Below, in pieces: positions 56,018 through 64,000 of a DNA stretch of 64,000 nucleotides. The stretch is taken from NCBI RefSeq assembly GCF_000006765.1, contig NC_002516.2; one strand, 5' to 3'. This DNA is from Pseudomonas aeruginosa PAO1. GTDB taxonomy: Bacteria; Pseudomonadota; Gammaproteobacteria; Pseudomonadales; Pseudomonadaceae. Made by a program: the position numbers and the translations under genes. The number at the start of each line of letters is the position of its first letter. The stretch's first letter is position 1. The notes below the pieces were generated by a model that was given only the letters and a program-made list of their open reading frames with translations, did no database searches and was not told where the DNA came from.

Positions 56018-57130
56018 ATGGAACTGTTGAACGCCACCCCGCTGGCCGCCGCCTACAACCAGGGGCTCGACGCCGAAGGCCGGGAGTCGCTGGTGGTGAT
56101 CGCCAAGGGCAGTTTCGACCTGCCGCTGGACGGTCGCGAGGCGCGCCTGCTGGACGAGCAGCAGACGCTGCTGATGGTCGATGAATTCTATGGCGAGCCG
56201 GGGTTTTCCGCGCCGCGCCGGGAGTGCGAGTTCGTTCCCTTCAAGCCGTTCTGCGATGTGCTGGTGCTGGGCAGCGCCCAGGCGCCCGGCGGGCGGCCGG
56301 TACAGCAGTTGACCGCGGGCATCCGCGTCGGCCGGGTGAGCAAGGCGCTGACGGTGCATGGGCCGCGCCAGTGGGAACCGGGATTGCTCGGTGCCGGCGC
56401 GGGCGTCGCGCAGCCGTTCCAGAGCCAGGACATTTCCTACGCCAGTGCCTTCGGCGGCAGCCATGCCTCGCCGGACAACCCCGGTTTCATGGATTGCTAC
56501 ATGGCCAATCCGGCCGGATGTGGCTGGTTTCCGCGCAGCGCCGACACCGCCGAGATCGTCGGCACGCCGATGCCGGCCACGGAAAAGCTCGGCGAGCCGG
56601 TGGACAGCCCCCACGGCCGCTTCACGCCGATGGCGCTCGGCCCGCTCGGCCGCCACTGGCAGGCCCGGGTCGGCTTCGCCGGCCGCTACGACGACGCCTG
56701 GCTGGCCGAGCGCTTCCCGTTCCTGCCCGCCGACTTCGACGAGCGCTACTTCCAGTCCGCGCCGGCCGACCAGTGGACCGACCATCTGCGCGGCGGCGAG
56801 GAGGTCCTGCTGCTCAACCTCACCGGCGAGGAGCGCGCGGCCTTCCGCGTGCCGCGCAGGGAGGTCCCGGTGACCTTCTTCCTGAAAAAGGGTGGCCACG
56901 AAACCGCGCAGGCACGGATCGATACCCTGCTGGTGGACTGCGACGCCCGTCGCGTGGAAGTCACCTGGCGCATTCGCCGGCCGTTGAAGCGCAACCTGTT
57001 CGAGATCGCCCAGGTGCTGGTCGGCAGCAAGTCCGCCGCCTGGTGGCGCGCCCGCGAGCTGGGCAAGGACTACTACCCCTCGCTTGCCGCGTTGGCACGC
57101 AGCCGCCAGGCCGAGGAGGACGAGGCATGA
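56018..57130 (+). CDS. DUF2169 T6SS adaptor
   Basis: LVVIAKGSF, PFKPFCDV, FPFLPADFDERYFQSAP. Confidence 0.9.
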   Translation: MELLNATPLAAAYNQGLDAEGRESLVVIAKGSFDLPLDGREARLLDEQQTLLMVDEFYGEPGFSAPRRECEFVPFKPFCDVLVLGSAQAPGGRPVQQLTAGIRVGRVSKALTVHGPRQWEPGLLGAGAGVAQPFQSQDISYASAFGGSHASPDNPGFMDCYMANPAGCGWFPRSADTAEIVGTPMPATEKLGEPVDSPHGRFTPMALGPLGRHWQARVGFAGRYDDAWLAERFPFLPADFDERYFQSAPADQWTDHLRGGEEVLLLNLTGEERAAFRVPRREVPVTFFLKKGGHETAQARIDTLLVDCDARRVEVTWRIRRPLKRNLFEIAQVLVGSKSAAWWRARELGKDYYPSLAALARSRQAEEDEA

Positions 57131-58164
57131 GCCAGGCCCTGAGCATCGTCGCCTCCGGCATGGTCAGCGCGGTCGGTCTCAGCGCGCCGGCCAGCTGCGC
57201 GGCGATCCGCTGCGCCCTGGACAACTTCCAGGAAACCCGTTTCATCGACCAGGGCGGCGAATGGTTGCTTGCCGCCAGCGTGCCGCTGGAGCAGCCCTGG
57301 CGCGGCCGCGCCAAGCTGCTGAAGATGGCTGCGCGAGCCATCGACGAGGCCTTGCGCGGCCAGCCCGATCTCGATTGCACGGAGCTGCCGCTGCTGCTCT
57401 GCGTCGCCGAGGGCGACCGTCCCGGACGCTGCGCGGGGCTCGACGAGTCTTTCCTGCGTGACCTGGAAGGCGAGCTGGGACGACGCTTCCATCCCTCCTC
57501 GGCACTCATCGCCCGTGGCCGGGTCGGTGGCGCGGTGGCCCTGCTCAACGCGCGCAAGCTGATCCAGGGCGGCTGCCGGCAGGTCCTGGTGGCCGGCGTC
57601 GACTCCTTCGTCAGCGGCCCGACCCTGGCCGCCTACGAGGCCCGCGAGCGGCTGCTGACCAGCCAGAACTCCAACGGCTTCATTCCCGGCGAGGGCGCCG
57701 CCGCCGTGCTGGTCGCCGCGCCGCTCCACGAGGAGGCGCCGCAGTTGCTCTGCATCGGCCTCGGCTTCGGCGTCGAGAAGGCCACGGTGGAGAGCGAGGA
57801 CCTGCCGCTGCGCGCCGACGGCCTGAGCCAGGCCGTGCGCGCCGCCCTCGCCGAGGCTGGCTGCGGCCTGGAGCAGATGGACTACCGGCTCACCGACATT
57901 TCCGGCGAGCAGTACTACTTCAAGGAGGCCTCGCTGACCCTGAGTCGCAACCTGCGCGTGCTCAAGCCGAAGTTCGACCTCTGGCACCCCGCCGACTGCA
58001 TCGGCGAATGCGGCGCCGCCATCGGTCCGGCGTTGCTCGCCGTGGCCCTGGCCGCTTCGCGCAAGGGCTACGGCGACGGGCCGAACGTGTTCTGCCACCT
58101 GGGCAACGATGCCGGCGAACGCGCCGCCGCGCTGCTCAGCTATCGACGGGTGAGGGCTGCCTGA
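57127..58164 (+). CDS. Ketoacyl-synthase/thiolase-fold T6SS accessory protein (PA0098-like)
   Basis: LVAGVDSF, GFIPGEGAAAVL; ATGA overlap. Confidence 0.85.
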   Translation: MSQALSIVASGMVSAVGLSAPASCAAIRCALDNFQETRFIDQGGEWLLAASVPLEQPWRGRAKLLKMAARAIDEALRGQPDLDCTELPLLLCVAEGDRPGRCAGLDESFLRDLEGELGRRFHPSSALIARGRVGGAVALLNARKLIQGGCRQVLVAGVDSFVSGPTLAAYEARERLLTSQNSNGFIPGEGAAAVLVAAPLHEEAPQLLCIGLGFGVEKATVESEDLPLRADGLSQAVRAALAEAGCGLEQMDYRLTDISGEQYYFKEASLTLSRNLRVLKPKFDLWHPADCIGECGAAIGPALLAVALAASRKGYGDGPNVFCHLGNDAGERAAALLSYRRVRAA

Positions 58165-59324
58165 TGGCCAACGAGGTGTACGCCAACAACATGGAGATCT
58201 CCTGCAAGGCGGCGAACGGCAAGTCCATCGCGGCCTTCCCGGATGTCTGCTTCACCCCGCCGCAGGCGCCGCCGACGCCGTTGGGGGTACCGATCCCCTA
58301 CCCCAATACCGGCCTGTCCAAGGACACCACCAAAGGCACCCGGACCATTCGCATCACCCGCAAGGAGGTGATGCTGAAGAACAAGAGCTACTACAAGACC
58401 AGCTACGGCGACGAGCCGGGGCGGGCGCCGAAGAAGGGCATCGTCACCAGCAAGATCAAGGGCAAGGTGTACTTCACCTCCTGGTCGATGAACGTCAAGT
58501 TCGAAAGCAAGAACGTGGTTCGCCACCTCGACCTGACCACCCACAACCACGCGTCCTTTCCTGGCAATACGCCGGTCTGGCCCTACCTCGACCAGGCCAC
58601 CGTCGATGCTGGTGGTGGACCGTGCAGCAATGAAGTGAAGAAGGAGAAGAAGGATTGCGCTGACTTCAAGCCGCATGGCAGCAAGGATGCCTGCGCTGGC
58701 CTTGGCGCGGGCAAGCCTTCCGGCAAGAAGACCAGCAACGAAGCTGACCGACTGGCAGACAAGGTCGCTGCCCGAAAATGCCTGACCGCGCGCCGGTGTG
58801 CCCTGCAACCGTACAAGCCGAACAGTTGCTGCCCGCAGCAGACCGCTCACCACCTGATCGAGGCCAGCGCCTTGCACGACAAGGGACGTGGTGGAAAAGG
58901 CTCGGTACCCCTCAAGGGGATATCCAACTATTCGGAGAACAAGGCTCCTTGCGTCTGCGCGGAGGGCGTCAATCAGAACGTGGGTACCCACGGCCTCATG
59001 CACACGTTCCAGAGCGCCGCTGCCGCGAAGTCGCGCAGTGGAACCCTGCAATTGTCCAATGGCAGCTCCATCTCCGCGAAGAAGACCACCTACGGAACGG
59101 CGAAACGTCAATCCATGGCTGCCATGGGCAAGGTCTTTCCGCAGTCGAAATGCTCGAAGGAATGTCTGTCCGCTCAGCTCGACAACTATCACAAGCAGTG
59201 CGGAATCAACGCCAGAACACCCATCAAGGCCGTTGAAACCGGCCAGACCGACGTCACGGCTGCGACGCAGGCGATAAAGACCCGCAATGCGCGTCTTGGC
59301 GCCACGAGGAGTCGAGTCCGCTAG
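58164..59324 (+). CDS. tse7: PAAR-like (DUF4150) nuclease effector Tse7
   Basis: FPDVCFTPP...PIPYPN N-terminal domain; Cys-rich C-terminal toxin domain with TAHH and His cluster. Confidence 0.88.
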   Translation: MANEVYANNMEISCKAANGKSIAAFPDVCFTPPQAPPTPLGVPIPYPNTGLSKDTTKGTRTIRITRKEVMLKNKSYYKTSYGDEPGRAPKKGIVTSKIKGKVYFTSWSMNVKFESKNVVRHLDLTTHNHASFPGNTPVWPYLDQATVDAGGGPCSNEVKKEKKDCADFKPHGSKDACAGLGAGKPSGKKTSNEADRLADKVAARKCLTARRCALQPYKPNSCCPQQTAHHLIEASALHDKGRGGKGSVPLKGISNYSENKAPCVCAEGVNQNVGTHGLMHTFQSAAAAKSRSGTLQLSNGSSISAKKTTYGTAKRQSMAAMGKVFPQSKCSKECLSAQLDNYHKQCGINARTPIKAVETGQTDVTAATQAIKTRNARLGATRSRVR

Positions 59325-59345
59325 TGACCGTTACAGGAGATTGAA

Positions 59346-60266
59346 ATGTTGAAGAAACTCTCGCCGATTTTCTCGAACATCACCGGCGTCGTCCGCTATC
59401 AGGACCTGGCGTACGTGGCCTCGGTATCCGACGAGATCCAGGAGCAGAACATAGCGCACAGCTATGTCACGGAGTGGGACTGCGGAACCTGGTGTGTTGC
59501 TGGCGAGGATGACGACATGCTGCCCTGGGAGATCGTGTCGGCCACGGTAGTGCACGAGCCGGTGGAACAAGCATTGTTTCTGGGCGCTCGGGGCCAGGTA
59601 TTCTGCATGGGCTCCGGCGACATCCATGAAGAGCAGTTGCCCGACGGCGACGATGCCATCGGTGGCCGGGGCAATATGCGCGGCGTTGCCTGTATCGACG
59701 GGGTGGCCTATGCCTGCGGGATGGATCGACAGGTCTACCGGCGCTTCGACGAGAACGACTGGCGTGCCATCGACACCGGCGCTCGGCCTCCGGCAGGCAG
59801 CGAAGCGGTGGTCGGATTCGAGGCCATCGGCGGCTTCGGTGCCAGGGAAATCTATGCCGTCGGCTGGGACGGGGAGATCTGGCAGTACGACGGCAAGCGC
59901 TGGCAGCCCCGGGAGAGCCCGACGAACTTGATCCTGACGGCGATCTGCTGCGCGGAAGATGGCTCGGTTTACGCCTGTGGACAGGCGGGAACGCTGCTGC
60001 GTGGACGCAACGACCACTGGGAGATCATCGCCCAGGACGATGTCGATGAAGACTTGTGGAGCCTCGCGTGGTTCGACGGCGCACTCTACGTGTCGAGCGC
60101 AACGGCGGTCTATACGCTGGTCGGTGGCCATCTCAAGGAGGTGGACTTCGGTGATGAGCAACCCCAACGCTGCTTCCACCTTAGCGCTGCCGACGGCGTG
60201 TTGTGGAGCATCGCCGCGAAAGACATCTTCAGCTTCGACGGCCAGCAATGGACGCGCATAGATTGA
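59346..60266 (+). CDS. tsi7: Immunity protein Tsi7 (beta-propeller-like)
   Basis: Directly after tse7; W/YDG..W repeats. Confidence 0.8.
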   Translation: MLKKLSPIFSNITGVVRYQDLAYVASVSDEIQEQNIAHSYVTEWDCGTWCVAGEDDDMLPWEIVSATVVHEPVEQALFLGARGQVFCMGSGDIHEEQLPDGDDAIGGRGNMRGVACIDGVAYACGMDRQVYRRFDENDWRAIDTGARPPAGSEAVVGFEAIGGFGAREIYAVGWDGEIWQYDGKRWQPRESPTNLILTAICCAEDGSVYACGQAGTLLRGRNDHWEIIAQDDVDEDLWSLAWFDGALYVSSATAVYTLVGGHLKEVDFGDEQPQRCFHLSAADGVLWSIAAKDIFSFDGQQWTRID

Positions 60267-61495
60267 GCATCGCAGCGATCGTCGACCAGCACGCCGAGGA
60301 AGCCGCCTTCCTTGCCCTGCTCCGCGACTACGCCGTGCGTGCGCCCCATTACGACCTGGAGGAGCTCGCCGAGCTCGATCAGCGCATCGAGGCGCACCTG
60401 GACGGCTTGGCGATCGCCGGCCAGGCCGGCCATGACGCCCTGCTCGAGCAACTCGACGCGCACGCCCAGGGCGAGGCGTTCGCCCTCGCGGTGCTGGCCA
60501 TGCAGGCAGGAGACGATGCGTTGATCGGACGGATGCGCGCCTGTCTTGCGGCGTCTCCGGAAGCCCGGCGCGGTTTCGCCGCAGCCCTCGGCTGGCTCGA
60601 CTGGGACCAGGCGCGGCCCTGGGTGGAGCGCCTGCTGGCCTCGCCCGAGCCGCTGTTCCGCGCCATTGGCCTGGCCGCCTGCGGCATGCACCGGCATGAC
60701 CCGGGGCCGGCGCTGCTGTCCGCCCTTGGCCACGCCGACCCGGCGGTGCTGGCGCGCGCCGCGCGCACCGCCGGCGAGCTGCGTCGGCGCGACCTGATGG
60801 CGAATATTCGCGCCTATCGCGCCCACGATGACCCGAGCCTGCGCTTCTGGGCCAACTGGGCCACCGCGCAGATGGGCGACGAGGAGGCGTTGGGGCCATT
60901 GCGTGCGTTCGCCGGGCAGCCCGGCCCGTTCCAGCTGCCGGCGACCATGGTGCTGCTCGCCTGGCAGCCGCGCGACACCAGCATGGCCTGGATTCGCCAA
61001 CTGATGCAGGCGGCGGACACGCGGCGGATCGGCATCCAGGCCACCGGCCTGTTCGGCGATCCGGTGGCGGTGCCCTGGCTGATCCAGCAGATGCGCGACG
61101 AGAGTCTGGCGCGGGTCGCCGGCGAGGCCTTCAGCCTGATCACCGGCGCCGACCTGGCGCTGCTCGACCTGGAGCTGGAGGCCTTGCCCGACTACGACCC
61201 TGGCCCCAACGACGATCTCGACGACGACAACGTCGCCCTCGACGACGACGAGAACCTTAGCTGGCCGGAGGCGGAGCGAGTCTCCGCCTGGTGGCGTGAC
61301 AACGGCGCGCGTTTCGTCGCCGGGCGCGCCTACCTGCTCGGCGAACCGCTGGGCGAGGCGCGCTGCCGCCAGGTCCTGCGCGACGGCCAGCAACGCCAGC
61401 GGATGGCTGCGGCGTGCCTGCTGGCGCGCTTCGTGCCGAACCTGCCGCTGTTCCCCACCGGTGCGCCGGTGCGCCGCCAACTGGACCTGTTCTGA
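60248..61495 (+). CDS. HEAT-repeat T6SS-associated protein (PA0101-like)
   Basis: IVDQHAEEAAFL, RIEAHLDGL, AGEAFSLITG. Confidence 0.82.
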   Translation: MDAHRLSIAAIVDQHAEEAAFLALLRDYAVRAPHYDLEELAELDQRIEAHLDGLAIAGQAGHDALLEQLDAHAQGEAFALAVLAMQAGDDALIGRMRACLAASPEARRGFAAALGWLDWDQARPWVERLLASPEPLFRAIGLAACGMHRHDPGPALLSALGHADPAVLARAARTAGELRRRDLMANIRAYRAHDDPSLRFWANWATAQMGDEEALGPLRAFAGQPGPFQLPATMVLLAWQPRDTSMAWIRQLMQAADTRRIGIQATGLFGDPVAVPWLIQQMRDESLARVAGEAFSLITGADLALLDLELEALPDYDPGPNDDLDDDNVALDDDENLSWPEAERVSAWWRDNGARFVAGRAYLLGEPLGEARCRQVLRDGQQRQRMAAACLLARFVPNLPLFPTGAPVRRQLDLF

Positions 61496-61870
61496 TAGCT
61501 GGCTGGCACCGGGCGGCCAGGTCATGGCCGCTGGCGCGGTGCGCCGGGTTTTCCCATTCGACGAATTTCCCTGCACGTAGCCAACCGGTTGACTGAAACC
61601 TTTCACCACTTATGCGGGGCGAATGGAAATGCCACTCGTTTGCCATGATAGCCTGTCGACATCCTCTGGAAATATCGTGAAAAAAGCTGGCAACGTGCGA
61701 GATAGAGGGATTTTTTAATTTATGGTTAAGCTTCGGGCATTAGCGTTGAGCACCAGAAGTGACCGATCGGTCACGTAGGTCGCTCTGCGTTTGTTGTGCC
61801 TTTTTCCTATGGGGAAAGCGTCGGCAGACGTGGGAAAATTCAATCGATCCACTCATCGAGGTTCCGAACC

Positions 61871-62599
61871 ATGCCAGACCGTATGCGGGGCGTTAAGTCC
61901 GATTCTCCAGAGCAGGAAAGCGCTGACGATGCATTGAAAAGGATTGTCGATGGATTCCAGCATTTCCGCCGGGAGGTCTTTCCCGAGCAGCAGGCGCTGT
62001 TCAAGAAGCTCGCCAATAGCCAGCGGCCGCGGGCGATGTTCATCACCTGCGCGGATTCGCGCATCGTTCCCGAGCTGATCACCCAGAGTTCCCCCGGCGA
62101 CCTGTTCGTCACCCGCAACGTCGGCAACGTGGTGCCGCCCTACGGGCAGATGAACGGTGGCGTCTCCACCGCCATCGAATACGCTGTGCTGGCGCTGGGC
62201 GTGCACCACATCATCGTCTGCGGCCACTCCGACTGCGGGGCGATGCGCGCCGTGCTCGACCCGCAGACCCTGGAACGCATGCCGACGGTCAAGGCCTGGC
62301 TGCGGCACGCCGAGGTGGCACGCACGGTGGTGGCGGACAACTGCGACTGCGGCGCCAGCCACGACACCCTCGGGGTGCTCACCGAAGAGAACGTGGTGGC
62401 CCAGCTCGATCACCTGCGCACCCACCCCTCGGTGGCCTCGCGCCTGGCCAGCGGGCAACTGTTCATCCACGGCTGGGTGTACGACATCGAGAGTGCGCAG
62501 ATCCGCGCCTACGACGCCAAGCAGGGTCGCTTCCTGCCCCTCGACGGCGAGCATCCGGTGCCGATGGCCACGCCCGCGCCGCGCTACCTGAGCTCGTGA
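61871..62599 (+). CDS. Beta-class carbonic anhydrase (psCA1-like)
   Basis: FITCADSR and GHSDCG zinc ligands; RNVGN. Confidence 0.95.
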   Translation: MPDRMRGVKSDSPEQESADDALKRIVDGFQHFRREVFPEQQALFKKLANSQRPRAMFITCADSRIVPELITQSSPGDLFVTRNVGNVVPPYGQMNGGVSTAIEYAVLALGVHHIIVCGHSDCGAMRAVLDPQTLERMPTVKAWLRHAEVARTVVADNCDCGASHDTLGVLTEENVVAQLDHLRTHPSVASRLASGQLFIHGWVYDIESAQIRAYDAKQGRFLPLDGEHPVPMATPAPRYLSS

Positions 62600-62809
62600 T
62601 AGCGGCGGCCGTGCGGGCCGCCGGATAACAACAGCGTTTTCGCGTCACCTTTCGCCGTTCCTGCCATGGACGACCTCTGGGAAGCCCCGTTCCGGGGCTG
62701 AACGGGTCGCTATTACAAGAAAAAACACACTGCGCACACACAACCGGCGCCGGGCCTGGTCCTGGCGTCGCTCCCTCGTCGTGGAAAAAATTCGCAGGAG
62801 AACTGTGCC

Positions 62810-64000
62810 ATGCATGTTTCAAAGGTGTTTCCGTCCCTCCGGGACACGTTGCCGCGGGACCTGATGGCCTCCGTGGTGGTGTTCCTCGTCGCCCTGCCGC
62901 TGTGCATGGGCATCGCCATCGCCTCCGGGATGCCGCCGGCCAAGGGCCTGCTCACCGGCATCGTCGGTGGCCTGGTGGTCGGCTTCCTGGCCGGCTCGCC
63001 GCTACAGGTCAGCGGCCCGGCGGCCGGCCTCGCGGTGCTGGTCTTCGAACTGGTGCGTACCTACGGGGTGGCCATGCTCGGGCCGATCCTGCTGCTCGCC
63101 GGCGCCATCCAGCTGCTCGCCGGGCGGCTGCGCCTGGGCTGCTGGTTCCGGGTCACCTCGCCGGCGGTGGTATACGGGATGCTCGCCGGCATCGGCATCC
63201 TCATCGTCCTTTCGCAATTGCACGTGATGCTCGACCTGGCGCCCAAGGCGTCCGGCCTCGACAACCTGCTGGCATTCCCCCAGGCGGCGTTCGCCGCGCT
63301 CGGTTCGCTGGGCATGGACAGCGGCCTCGACGCGGCGCTGCTCGGGCTGGGCACCATCGCGGTGATGTGGGGCTGGGACAAGCTGCGTCCGCAACGCCTG
63401 CGCTTCCTACCCGGTGCGCTGCTCGGCGTGAGCCTGGCGACCCTGGCCAGCCTCTGGCTGGCGCTGGACGTGCGGCGGGTCGAGGTACCGGCCAACCTCG
63501 GCGAGGCCATCGTCTGGCTACGCCCGGCCGACCTGCTGGCCCTGGCCGATCCCTCCCTGCTGCTGGCGGCGGTGGTGGTGGCCTTCATCGCCAGTGCGGA
63601 GACCCTGCTCTCGGCGGCGGCGGTGGATCGCCTGCACGACGGCCCGCGCTCGGACATGGATCGCGAGTTGTCCGCCCAGGGTGTCGGCAACATGCTCTGC
63701 GGCCTGCTCGGCGCGCTGCCGATGACCGGGGTGATCGTACGCAGCTCGGCCAACGTCAATGCCGGTGCGCGAACCCGCGCCTCGGCGATCTTCCACGGCC
63801 TCTGGTTGCTCGCCTTCGTCCTCCTGCTCGGCAGCCTGCTGCGGCAGATTCCGGTGGCGAGCCTGGCCGGGGTGCTGGTCTATACCGGGGTCAAGCTGGT
63901 CGATTTCAAGGCCCTCGGCAACCTCTCTCGCTACGGCCGGATGCCGATGCTGGTGTACGCGGCCACCGCCCTGGCCATCGTCTTCACCGACCTGCTGACC
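62810..64000 (+). CDS. SulP/SLC26 anion (bicarbonate/sulfate) transporter, truncated by the window end
   Basis: DLMASVVVFLVALPLCMGIAIASG, QVSGPAAG, GVIVRSSAN. Confidence 0.92.
   Translation, partial: MHVSKVFPSLRDTLPRDLMASVVVFLVALPLCMGIAIASGMPPAKGLLTGIVGGLVVGFLAGSPLQVSGPAAGLAVLVFELVRTYGVAMLGPILLLAGAIQLLAGRLRLGCWFRVTSPAVVYGMLAGIGILIVLSQLHVMLDLAPKASGLDNLLAFPQAAFAALGSLGMDSGLDAALLGLGTIAVMWGWDKLRPQRLRFLPGALLGVSLATLASLWLALDVRRVEVPANLGEAIVWLRPADLLALADPSLLLAAVVVAFIASAETLLSAAAVDRLHDGPRSDMDRELSAQGVGNMLCGLLGALPMTGVIVRSSANVNAGARTRASAIFHGLWLLAFVLLLGSLLRQIPVASLAGVLVYTGVKLVDFKALGNLSRYGRMPMLVYAATALAIVFTDLLT

Noticed and set aside
16090-62599. Two carbonic-anhydrase-like genes (gamma-like and beta) as one system
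   Set aside because: Separate operons about 45 kb apart; the YrdA-like protein is a widespread housekeeping neighbour

Overview
GC-rich Pseudomonas aeruginosa chromosomal segment. From memory, gene order and sequences match the PAO1-type PA0047-PA0103 region; this was not checked against a database. The left third holds: an XRE regulator; a large secreted pyroglutamyl-peptidase-fold protein; two tandem secreted Cys-rich micro-peptides; phzH; a cupin; a low-GC Doc-family toxin/antidote pair whose toxin carries an in-frame amber codon; kptA; a LysR-MBL-DsbM unit; osmC; several lipoproteins; prlC; and an SOS-boxed radical SAM gene. The rest is the complete H1 type VI secretion locus (tagQRST-ppkA-pppA-tagF-tssMLKJ-fha1 / tssABC-hcp1-tagJ-tssEFG-clpV1-vgrG1a), the inverted eagT6-tse6-tsi6 cassette, the vgrG1b-tse7-tsi7 cluster, and a beta-carbonic anhydrase plus a SulP transporter cut by the window edge. 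I saw no rRNA, tRNA, CRISPR array or IS. The T6SS is well known. The most novel-looking signals are (1) the paired C-x9-C-x9-C-x-C-P secreted peptides, one absent from the ORF track, with GGA-loop hairpins over both RBSs and divergent from a Cys-to-Ser peptidase C15-fold protein, and (2) the cryptic antidote-Doc module silenced by a single TAG.
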